DNA of 64,000 nt from Candidatus Binatia bacterium (GTDB lineage: Bacteria; Desulfobacterota; Binatia; UBA9968; CAXXLF01), in NCBI GenBank assembly GCA_963664015.2, contig CAXXLF010000001.1:960001-1024000 (forward strand), written 5' to 3'. Under the pieces are notes generated by a model. It was not told where the DNA came from. It saw only the letters and a list, made by a program, of their open reading frames with translations, and ran no database searches. Of the stretch, positions 38,665 to 46,884 are shown piece by piece. Position 1 is the first letter of the stretch; every line of letters begins with the position of its first letter. The position numbers and the translations under genes are program-made.

Positions 38665-39822
38665 TCAAACCTGACCCGAATCCCCCAGCTTCTCCGGAAC
38701 CTTCCACTGTTTGAGCGGTTTTCCTTCCGCGAGGGCCTGTAACTCCCTTCCCCAGAGTTTTCTCAGCAAGAACACGCCAACGTCCATACGGCCGATCTTG
38801 TCTTGATTACGGTCGGGGATTTCGCCCTGCCCTACCTGTACGATATAGTCCTCCAAGCTGGTCAGGTTTTTGAGATTGGCCTGCTCTCTGACTTCGCTCA
38901 TACGTATCTTACCGGCCAGGATCTCCTCGCCCAGATCGGTGTGCGAATCCGTCGTCGCCATGTTGGCCCGGCGGCGGCGTTCCTGGTACTTGACGGCCAC
39001 CTCCCCGCTCAAATGGGCAAAATCGATGGGAAAGCTTACGCAGTGTTCGTCATCGACTGGTACTCGGATGAGCAGACGGTCCAGGTAGTCGTTGGAGAAT
39101 CCACTCTCCGGGTCTCTAATCGCCAAATAGGTCCTGAAGTGATTGGTGTTGGGCATATGGAAGTGAAGCGTGGCAACGGGTTTCCCTCCCTGAAAAACAT
39201 TGGTTCTGATCCCGTATTGGGTTTCTTCAGCAGATAACACAGGAGTCTCCAGGGATTGTCCGACCGCTTCCCTTGACTCACGGTGAGCAAATCTCACATG
39301 GCCGACGTCACAAGCGTTGTCTATGCGGTTGAAGTAGTTGCAGGGCCAATATTCCGGGGTATAGACTTCGAGGATGCCATCCCCTTCGAGCTCAGGATAG
39401 CGCCGAAGCGGAGGGGGATCGCCCTCACCGAAATAAGCGAATATCAGTCCTAAATATTCCTGTACCGGCCAGCTTTTAATTTTGACCTTGGCCGCGGAGC
39501 CTTCCTCCTCACCGGGTTGTTCCACGCACTGTCCCGATCCCTCGTATCTCCACCCATGGTAGCGACAGCGAATACTTTCCCCCTCGACCCAACCGGTCGA
39601 AAGCTGGGTTCCCCGATGGGCGCACCGGAAAGCCACCAGATGGGGCACGCCGTTCTCCCCTCTGTAGAGAGTAAATCTTTCGCTCATGAGTTGTATCGGC
39701 ACCATCTTTCCAGACGACAAATCCTCTGCGCGATAGACGGGCTGCCAGAACATCCTCAGGTAGCGTCCACCCAGTGTACCCGGCCCCGTATGGACGAAAT
39801 CGATCCCGTTGTAAGTCATCAT
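38665..39822 (-). CDS. Rieske oxygenase, alpha-only, paralog R3
   Basis: Motifs CAHRG...CRYHGW, DNACDVGHVRFAH and EDYIVQVGQG. Confidence 0.9.
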   Translation of the reverse strand: MMTYNGIDFVHTGPGTLGGRYLRMFWQPVYRAEDLSSGKMVPIQLMSERFTLYRGENGVPHLVAFRCAHRGTQLSTGWVEGESIRCRYHGWRYEGSGQCVEQPGEEEGSAAKVKIKSWPVQEYLGLIFAYFGEGDPPPLRRYPELEGDGILEVYTPEYWPCNYFNRIDNACDVGHVRFAHRESREAVGQSLETPVLSAEETQYGIRTNVFQGGKPVATLHFHMPNTNHFRTYLAIRDPESGFSNDYLDRLLIRVPVDDEHCVSFPIDFAHLSGEVAVKYQERRRRANMATTDSHTDLGEEILAGKIRMSEVREQANLKNLTSLEDYIVQVGQGEIPDRNQDKIGRMDVGVFLLRKLWGRELQALAEGKPLKQWKVPEKLGDSGQV

Positions 39823-39839
39823 TTATCTGAAGTTCCCTT

Positions 39840-40388
39840 TCAGCCTCCCAATCCCAACGTCGCCGAAACCTTATTTCTGTCTTCCCAGTCGCTGGAGTCC
39901 TCCACATGATCGAACATATTTCCCAAGACGTTGGAAAAAGGGGCGTAGCGAAAGGCCATCCAACGGCATGGCGCGCCCTGGTTCTTACTGTAATGCTGGT
40001 GTTCGCAGCCGTTGGGCTTGACCGGCAAGACAATCAGATCCCATTTTTTCCAGTCTACCTTCGTTCCATCCACCACCGTGGAGCCCTCGCCTTCCAGGAT
40101 AAATAACTGGATTCCACCCTGATGGCGGTGCTTCCCAGAGTGCACCCGGAGGTCTTTAATGAAAACTGTCCAGTCCGTTGCCGCCGTATCCCCTCTTCCG
40201 TGCCAGGAAAGGAACTGCTTCGAGCACCCCATCCTTGTTTGCTGCATGGGACGCTCCTTGGCCTTGATCACGATCTTGCCTGTCTTGGCGCGTTCCCGTG
40301 CCTCCGCGTTGAGCCTCAAGGTGTCTTCGTAATGTTCCCCCTGGTCTTTCTGTACGGGTTCTTTTTCTCTAACCCTTTCTCTCTCCAT
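39840..40388 (-). CDS. Monocupin C5 (MERERVREKEP family)
   Basis: Motifs SGKHRHQGG and EHQH. Heads the Rieske/beta-HAD run. Confidence 0.88.
   Translation of the reverse strand: MERERVREKEPVQKDQGEHYEDTLRLNAEARERAKTGKIVIKAKERPMQQTRMGCSKQFLSWHGRGDTAATDWTVFIKDLRVHSGKHRHQGGIQLFILEGEGSTVVDGTKVDWKKWDLIVLPVKPNGCEHQHYSKNQGAPCRWMAFRYAPFSNVLGNMFDHVEDSSDWEDRNKVSATLGLGG
40252..40388 (-). repeat. 137-bp near-identical direct repeat, copy 2 (5' end of cupin C5)
   Basis: 133/137 identical to 27794..27930. Confidence 0.9.
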
Positions 40389-40612
40389 AGCTCTTTCTCC
40401 TCTAGCCGCTTGTTATCGCTTGGCATCAGTTAAACAGGACCCCGTGCCCGAGTACAAAGGGCAACGTGTTCCGGATAACACGCGCGGCCTGACCGAGTCA
40501 AGGTAACCCGTGGACTTGGTAGCCGACATCAGGGGATTCTTGACATAGCATGCCAAGTCTGCTGTATTCAGGTTTCTTTCCCATACCGACTTCGAGAAAG
40601 GATTACGATTCC

Positions 40613-41407
40613 ATGGAAGATTTTGTCGCCCTCAGAAAACGGGCAAGTGAGATGTACGAGAAAAACACGTCACCCAGGCACTCCCCGTACTTTCCGCCTG
40701 CTCCGACCACGTTTCTCTCCCCGGAAGAGTTTCTGGCCCAGTTGGCTGAAGCGGTCTTTGTCAATTCTCCCAAAGTCCAGCACCCCTTTGTGGTCAAGCT
40801 GGTCAAAGGGGAGTGGAGCCTCAAACAGATTCAGGAATGGGCCAAGGAAGGGTACCACGACAAGGTCCAGACCATCCGCAACGATGCCATGATTGTCGCC
40901 ACGGCCCCGACCCTGGAAGAAATGAAGAAACAGGCAAGCGTCCTAGCCTGTGAGGTCGGAATCGAGAGCGGCGGCGAGCCCAGTCACCCGGAACTCTGGC
41001 TCCAATTCGGTGAGGCCATGGGGCTCACGAAACAAGAAATCATGAATTCCAAGCCCACGGCAATCACCGAGATCGTACTAACAGCGGAGCATGCCCGTTC
41101 CATGATGCAAAAGATCGGCGGTCTGCCGGCCAACCTGCGCTTGGGTGAACGGGTCACCTCCATCGTCTACTCAATCTGGGCGGAGGCCCTGAGGAAGAAT
41201 TACAACGTGTCCAAGGAAGGGGTCTCTTTCTTTACCTCCCATGAAGAGGCCGACGAAGACCACAGCGACATCGGCAAGCAGATCGTGCTCTCCCGTGCAA
41301 CGACTCGGGAGGCGCAATTGGAGATGTGGCACCATCAGGAGCGCTCCGGTGCCCGGCAATGGGTCAGCTACGACGGCTACTACCAAGCCGCCACGCGGGT
41401 CCAGTAG
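40613..41407 (+). CDS. HDO-fold diiron protein HDO4 (CADD/PqqC-like)
   Basis: Motifs HPFV, ACEVG...SHPELWLQFGEAMGL, LGE and FFTSHEEADEDH. Confidence 0.8.
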   Translation: MEDFVALRKRASEMYEKNTSPRHSPYFPPAPTTFLSPEEFLAQLAEAVFVNSPKVQHPFVVKLVKGEWSLKQIQEWAKEGYHDKVQTIRNDAMIVATAPTLEEMKKQASVLACEVGIESGGEPSHPELWLQFGEAMGLTKQEIMNSKPTAITEIVLTAEHARSMMQKIGGLPANLRLGERVTSIVYSIWAEALRKNYNVSKEGVSFFTSHEEADEDHSDIGKQIVLSRATTREAQLEMWHHQERSGARQWVSYDGYYQAATRVQ

Positions 41408-41430
41408 AATTCTGAACCCTACAAACCGCC

Positions 41431-42273
41431 CTAGGAAGCAGTTCGCCAAGAATAACACGGTTGCCAATGGAGCATTCGTTTTGCCTTCTCGTTGGATACG
41501 CCGGACCGGGTCCCCGTTAAGTCTTTTGCCATAGGGCCCAGATCGGGCATTAAGCGCGGCAAGAGATCACACAAGGGCTCACTGCTAACGCTATCGTCTG
41601 CAACGATGTAAAAGACCTCATGGTTCAACCCAGGCACCTCCACCGCCTGTCGGTATGCGGTGGCGAGATCCCGGACATCGATATAGGCGAAGACATCAAA
41701 CCTCTGGGGTTTCCGCCCCCCTTGGGTCCGTAGCCGATCGCTTTCCTCCGGGATCATGACCCACGCAGGGCGCAGGGCAATTGTCTCCATGCCGCATTTT
41801 AAAGTATAACCGCGGGCCACCGCCTCCCCACAGAGCTTGGAGAGTCCATAGGGATCCTGCGGTGAGACCGGGTGTTCTTCATCAATGGGTAGATACTCAG
41901 GCCGCAACTCTCGCGTTCGGTAGGTCCAACCGACTATGGCGCCACTGCTCGTCGAGACTACACGTCTGATGCCCAGGCAGGCCGCCGCCTCATGGACATT
42001 ATAGGTACCCACCGTATTAGTACGGAATAGAACGTGATTAGGTGCCTCCCGGTAAGGCATGGCGAAGGCCGCCAAATGCACGACCGCGTCGGCGCCGAGC
42101 AAAACACTCATGACGTCGCCGAAGTCTTCGATATCGCCTCTCACCCATTGACAACCCTCGGCGGGTGGCGGCGGGACCCGATCAAAGACAGTAACTTGGT
42201 GCGAAGCCCCTAACAGTTCCCGGACAACGTATTGCCCTATCTTCCCCGATCCTCCAGTAACAACAACCTTCAA
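41431..42273 (-). CDS. Extended SDR / NAD-dependent epimerase-dehydratase family protein
   Basis: Motifs TGGSGKIG, VHLAA, YLPIDEEHP..P.DPYGLSK and IDVRD. Confidence 0.9.
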   Translation of the reverse strand: MKVVVTGGSGKIGQYVVRELLGASHQVTVFDRVPPPPAEGCQWVRGDIEDFGDVMSVLLGADAVVHLAAFAMPYREAPNHVLFRTNTVGTYNVHEAAACLGIRRVVSTSSGAIVGWTYRTRELRPEYLPIDEEHPVSPQDPYGLSKLCGEAVARGYTLKCGMETIALRPAWVMIPEESDRLRTQGGRKPQRFDVFAYIDVRDLATAYRQAVEVPGLNHEVFYIVADDSVSSEPLCDLLPRLMPDLGPMAKDLTGTRSGVSNEKAKRMLHWQPCYSWRTAS

Positions 42274-42486
42274 AGTGTTCCCTCCCTGAACTCATGCAAC
42301 GGGCGAAGCCGGCGGTTGCCGTAGCCCGACGGCACATAAAATGTACAAACGCTATATCCCTATTGTCCATTACAGTCAAACTAACCTAGTCCGCGCCTTA
42401 TCCGAGGATATCGATACACCAACCGGAGGTTGACACCACATAGTTTTATTGCCATGTATTCAAGGAATCTTCGGGAGCGATATATT

Positions 42487-43356
42487 ATGTTAAAGCCATT
42501 TCGGCTTCTCGAACCCGACACGGTCGCCGAGGCAGCGGCCGAGCTGGTTGGGGAAGAAACAAAAATATATGCGGGGGGAGCCGAGCTTCTCTTGCTGCTC
42601 CGCCACGGGCTCTTGGACGCAGCAACTCTGGTCAACATCAAACGGATCGCCAGTCTCAACGAGGTCAGTTGGGACGGTAGCAACCTCCGCATCGGGTCCA
42701 CGGTGACGCATCACAGGCTGGAGACGCATCCCCTGGTCCGAGAGCACCTCCCGATGCTGGCCCAGGCCGAGTCCCACATTGGAAACATTCGCGTCAGAAC
42801 CCAGGGAACTCTGGGGGGCAACCTCTGTTTCGCCGACCCCCACGCCGATCCGGCGACGGCGCTGCTGGTTCATGAAGCTACGGTAACCGTCGCGGGGAAA
42901 GAGACAAACCGCCAATTGGGCATGAAAGAGTTCCTAGTTGGTATGTACGAGACGGCCCTTCAACCGGACGAGCTACTCACCCAGGTCCAGGTCCCTCCCT
43001 TACCGGCGGGCTGGGGGCACGCCTATTTGAGAATCGAGCGCTTCTACCGGCCAACGGTCAATGTCGCCGCAGCGGTCCGATTGAGTGATGGAAAACTCGA
43101 TGGTGTTCGACTGGCCGTAGGATGTGTCGGTCCTAAGGCTCAACGGTTACAGGAATTGGAAGCCAAGATCTCCGGATTGCCGTTAGAAGAAGCCGAACGG
43201 GTGGTTACCGAATCCAAGCCCTATATCACCGACGAACTCCATCCGGTGGATGATCTCCTCGGATCGGCCGACTACAAGATTCACGTCACCAGCGTGCTGC
43301 TGAAAAAGGCCTTGGGCCAATCGCTCCGCAACGGAGGGGAAGCCAAACATGGATGA
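42487..43356 (+). CDS. Molybdenum hydroxylase FAD-binding medium subunit (CoxM/CutM-like)
   Basis: Motifs AGGAELL, IGNIRVRTQGTLGGNLC.ADP.AD and DD..GSADYK. Confidence 0.9.
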   Translation: MLKPFRLLEPDTVAEAAAELVGEETKIYAGGAELLLLLRHGLLDAATLVNIKRIASLNEVSWDGSNLRIGSTVTHHRLETHPLVREHLPMLAQAESHIGNIRVRTQGTLGGNLCFADPHADPATALLVHEATVTVAGKETNRQLGMKEFLVGMYETALQPDELLTQVQVPPLPAGWGHAYLRIERFYRPTVNVAAAVRLSDGKLDGVRLAVGCVGPKAQRLQELEAKISGLPLEEAERVVTESKPYITDELHPVDDLLGSADYKIHVTSVLLKKALGQSLRNGGEAKHG

Positions 43357-43855
43357 AAAGCCTGAAGAGCTGAAGACTCTGCAATCGATCGAGATTTCCC
43401 TGACGGTTAATGAGAAGACGTGGAGTGGAGAGGTCCCCGTAGAAGAAGTCCTGTTAGACTTTTTAAGATACCGAGTAGGGCTGACCGGCACCAAGCGTTC
43501 GTGTGAATCCCAGGTGTGCGGCGCCTGCACCGTTCTCGTTGGCAATCAACCAATCAGCTCCTGTAGTTACCTAGCCTTTGAGGCCAATAACCGATTGGTG
43601 ACAACGGTAGAGGGGTTAGCAGTAGGAGAACAGTTGGATCCTCTTCAGTCAGCCTTTATTCGCAATGTGGGGACCCAGTGCGGGTACTGCACCCCTGGAC
43701 AATTGATGGCCGCCAAGGGCCTCTTGCTGCACAACCCGACTCCCACCTACGAACAGATCGCCGAATGGATGAAGGGAAACATTTGTCGCTGCGGCTGCTA
43801 CCCGGCCATCGCTCAATCCATCCTCGAAGCTGTCGAGGAGCGCCAGAAGCCCTAG
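43349..43855 (+). CDS. Molybdenum hydroxylase [2Fe-2S] small subunit (CoxS/CutS-like)
   Basis: Motifs GLTGTKRSC...CGACTV...SC, QCGYCTPG and GNICRCG.Y. Confidence 0.93.
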   Translation: MDEKPEELKTLQSIEISLTVNEKTWSGEVPVEEVLLDFLRYRVGLTGTKRSCESQVCGACTVLVGNQPISSCSYLAFEANNRLVTTVEGLAVGEQLDPLQSAFIRNVGTQCGYCTPGQLMAAKGLLLHNPTPTYEQIAEWMKGNICRCGCYPAIAQSILEAVEERQKP

Positions 43856-43857
43856 AC

Positions 43858-45300
43858 CTAAGGCTTGTCGGCTGCTCCCAATATATGGAACAGGTGCCGG
43901 GCAAAGTCCGTGTTGTCCTGGTAGCCGCGGAAGCGATGAGCCCCCACTCCTAGAGCTCCGACAAAGACAGGCTGATGGGTATGCCCTCTTCCCACCCAGA
44001 ATGCCTGCGTGTTGTGTCCCACCATCGCCCCCAGTGCAGCAGCGCGCCAGTTGGAATAGAAAGTTGGTCCCAACGGCTTGTTTTGGATCAGCATCTGTTT
44101 GAGCTCCGGTGGCAAATGGAAGCCAGGATAATAGTCTGCCATAAGCCTGTCCACATCGTTGGCGGTTGGATGTTGGCCCAGGATCTTTAACGCCTTGCTG
44201 ATCGAGATTCGAATAGACCGGATTCTTTCCAGACTCCATGTAGATGGGAAGATCCGGTTTTCCCGGCCCCGTAATCCCAGCGCCTTGGCAGCACCCGTAA
44301 AAGCAAATCCTCCGGTCTCGTGGTCCGACGTAACTAGAACGAGGGTTTCCGTCGGATGCCTTTGATAGAAATCGTAAGCCAGCGCAACCGAATGATCGAA
44401 GACACGGAACTCATGGATCACGGATGCTACATCCGACAGGTGAGCGGCGCTATCGATATTTTCGTTCTCGACAAACATAACAAACCCGTCCTTCTTCTGC
44501 TGCAGAAGGCGGAGCGCCTCGCGGGTCATGTCCAGGACCGACGGTTCCCGATCCTTCGGCCGGTCCAGCTCGAAGCTCATATCCTTCATGCCGAACAGGC
44601 CCAACACCTTGGGCCCCTGAACCCCTTCGACTCCCCTCCGATCGGATACGTAGGCGTAACCTTTATCCTTGAATTCGGCGATGACATCCCTGTTGTCTTT
44701 CCTCTCACTCCCCTCGCGTGAGGAAGGCAAAAAGCCACTTCTCCCCCCACCCATCAAGAGATCCGGTTCCAGCCGTAGATAGGCGTCGATGATTTCTGCG
44801 GTGAGCGCCCTCTTGGGCACATGGGCACTAAATGCCGCGGGGCTGGCATCATAGACGGTTGAGTTCGTTATCAGCGCCAGCCTCATACCCTTCTTTTTGG
44901 CAAGCTCCATGACCGACAGGGGATGACTACCATCAGCGCAGATTCCGACAACCCCAATGTTTGCCTTACAGCCATTGGCCAAGGCCGTCGCAGAAGCCCC
45001 TGAGTCCGTGGTGAGAGATTCTACCGAGTGGGTTGTCATCAAACCGAGGGTTCCCTGGCTGAAGATGCGGTCCACGATACTGAAATCCTCTTGATGCATC
45101 CGCCGGTTGTACAGTCTCGCGGCTTCTAGGTGGTTTACCCCGGCACCGTCAGCTAAAAAGATAAAAATGTATTTAGGTTTCTGGGACAAGGGAGCTTCCA
45201 TGGCCTCCCCCCGGATCGGTATAACGAGCAAGACCGCAGCAACTAGAATGATCACTTCTAGCGCCCGCAGTCGTCCTTTCGAAGTGTCTTTTCTCATCAT
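43858..45300 (-). CDS. Alkaline phosphatase (PhoA family), exported
   Basis: Signal peptide; motifs ADGAG, TDSGASATA (catalytic Ser), ID.AAH, TSDHETGG and HT. Confidence 0.9.
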   Translation of the reverse strand: MMRKDTSKGRLRALEVIILVAAVLLVIPIRGEAMEAPLSQKPKYIFIFLADGAGVNHLEAARLYNRRMHQEDFSIVDRIFSQGTLGLMTTHSVESLTTDSGASATALANGCKANIGVVGICADGSHPLSVMELAKKKGMRLALITNSTVYDASPAAFSAHVPKRALTAEIIDAYLRLEPDLLMGGGRSGFLPSSREGSERKDNRDVIAEFKDKGYAYVSDRRGVEGVQGPKVLGLFGMKDMSFELDRPKDREPSVLDMTREALRLLQQKKDGFVMFVENENIDSAAHLSDVASVIHEFRVFDHSVALAYDFYQRHPTETLVLVTSDHETGGFAFTGAAKALGLRGRENRIFPSTWSLERIRSIRISISKALKILGQHPTANDVDRLMADYYPGFHLPPELKQMLIQNKPLGPTFYSNWRAAALGAMVGHNTQAFWVGRGHTHQPVFVGALGVGAHRFRGYQDNTDFARHLFHILGAADKP

Positions 45301-45377
45301 CCCCTCAAAGGCTCAAGCACGAAATGTAAGGGTTGGACTGAATCCCAGCGAAGGCGGCGCAAAATCGGTGGTGTCAT

Positions 45378-46073
45378 TTAGAAGAGGTACCCGTGCCGCC
45401 TGGCTTCCAACCAGAACGATAGCAGCAAATAGTAGACGGGGAAGACCAACGAGACAAGATTAAGCGACATAAACGTTTCCGGCAGGCTATAGATGATGAC
45501 TAAGATGCTGATCCCCCAAAGCCCCCCCAAGCCCAGGGTCAGTCCACGAAGGGAAAGGTTACGGCTGGGATAGAGGTACCGGATCGGGATAAAGACCAAC
45601 AGGGAAAAAATGATAATCACGGTAGTGTTGAACCAGACCGGGCTCCCGAGAACGTATAGATAGAACACTACAACATTCCAATACGAAGGGAACCCCAGGA
45701 AAAAATGATCTGCGGTCTTGGCATCCGTTTGGCAGAATCCATAGGCACTGGCAACTAGAGGGAGAGCGACCAAACCCATAGCGGCCTCCTGCGGCAGCAG
45801 TTGGGCCCAGAACATGAAAACACACGGAACCAACACATAGTTCAAATAATCAACGATGTCATCCAGCCGGGCCCCATCGAAACACGGGAGCAACTCTTTC
45901 ACACGGAACTTACGAGCCAAGGTTCCATCGGTAGCATCGATCAGAACCGCAACCGACATGAGGGAGAGGGATTCCTTAAATTGGGCGTGAACGATAAAGA
46001 AGATTGCGGCAAAGGCAAGGATGGCCCCGATGGCACTATAGAGATGCACCAACCAGGCCAGTAATAACTTCAA
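45378..46073 (-). CDS. pcs: CDP-alcohol phosphatidyltransferase, phosphatidylcholine synthase-like
   Basis: Motifs AWLVHLYSAIG, DATDGTLAR, DGARLDDIVDYLNYV and FLGFPSYWN. Confidence 0.72.
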   Translation of the reverse strand: MKLLLAWLVHLYSAIGAILAFAAIFFIVHAQFKESLSLMSVAVLIDATDGTLARKFRVKELLPCFDGARLDDIVDYLNYVLVPCVFMFWAQLLPQEAAMGLVALPLVASAYGFCQTDAKTADHFFLGFPSYWNVVVFYLYVLGSPVWFNTTVIIIFSLLVFIPIRYLYPSRNLSLRGLTLGLGGLWGISILVIIYSLPETFMSLNLVSLVFPVYYLLLSFWLEARRHGYLF

Positions 46074-46088
46074 AACAAGCTCGCAGCT

Positions 46089-46694
46089 TTAAGTCGCTGA
46101 CTCCGCAAAGCTCGGCCTGGCTCTAAGCCGCGCCAACCAAGCGATCATATTTTTGAATTTGGCGTCGATAGAGATCTCCAAACGCCCGATGAGGTCCGCG
46201 TTCGGCATAAAGGCGATGTCCGCCAGGCTGAAGCTACCGGCCAAATATTCCCGACCTTCCAGCTCTTTTTCAATACAATCAAAACAGACGACAATTTTTT
46301 TCTTGGCGTTATCGATGAGGGCCGTATCTCTTTCGCCCTCGACCTTGAATACAATTTGGTGAATAATCTCCATAAAGGGAGGATGGAAGTGGCTATCCCT
46401 ATAATCCTCCATCATGCGCGCCCGCGCCCGGCCTTCCGAATCTTCAGGCATAAGGGGAGGATGAGGATACTCGTCCTCTAGGTACTCGTTTATGATGGTC
46501 GAATCGTAGATAATGAACCCATCGTCATCCAATGCGGGCACCTGACCAAAGGGGTTAAGACTTAAAAAATCTGCATTTTTCTGTTCGTTTTTCATGAGAT
46601 CGACGTTAACCCGCTCGAACTCCAAGCCTTTTTCAATCAGGACAATCCTTACCTTTCGGGAGTTGGTGGAAGTGGGAAAGGTATAAAGCTTCAT
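46089..46694 (-). CDS. Glutathione S-transferase family protein
   Basis: Motifs MKLY, NPFGQVPAL, DSTIINEYLE and YLAG.FSLADIA. Confidence 0.92.
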   Translation of the reverse strand: MKLYTFPTSTNSRKVRIVLIEKGLEFERVNVDLMKNEQKNADFLSLNPFGQVPALDDDGFIIYDSTIINEYLEDEYPHPPLMPEDSEGRARARMMEDYRDSHFHPPFMEIIHQIVFKVEGERDTALIDNAKKKIVVCFDCIEKELEGREYLAGSFSLADIAFMPNADLIGRLEISIDAKFKNMIAWLARLRARPSFAESAT

Positions 46695-46884
46695 CAATGC
46701 TCTCCTCCGCGGCCGTCACTTAGAACGCTATACCGTCTTGTCTATAAAAACAGAATACCACAAAATGACCGCCCCCTGCATCATGATTTTTCATTTATTT
46801 CAGGCTTAATTGTCCGCCTTTCAGCAATTTGCTACATTATCCAGAGTACGGAATTTTAGGGATAATTGACGAAGGGAGTCTAAA

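Noticed and set aside
40613-41407. pqqC / PQQ biosynthesis
   Set aside because: There are no pqqA/B/D/E neighbours, and the motif is the diiron HxxxDxxH type.
42487-43855. Aerobic CO dehydrogenase
   Set aside because: No large subunit is present to diagnose it, and M/S subunits are shared by many molybdenum hydroxylases.
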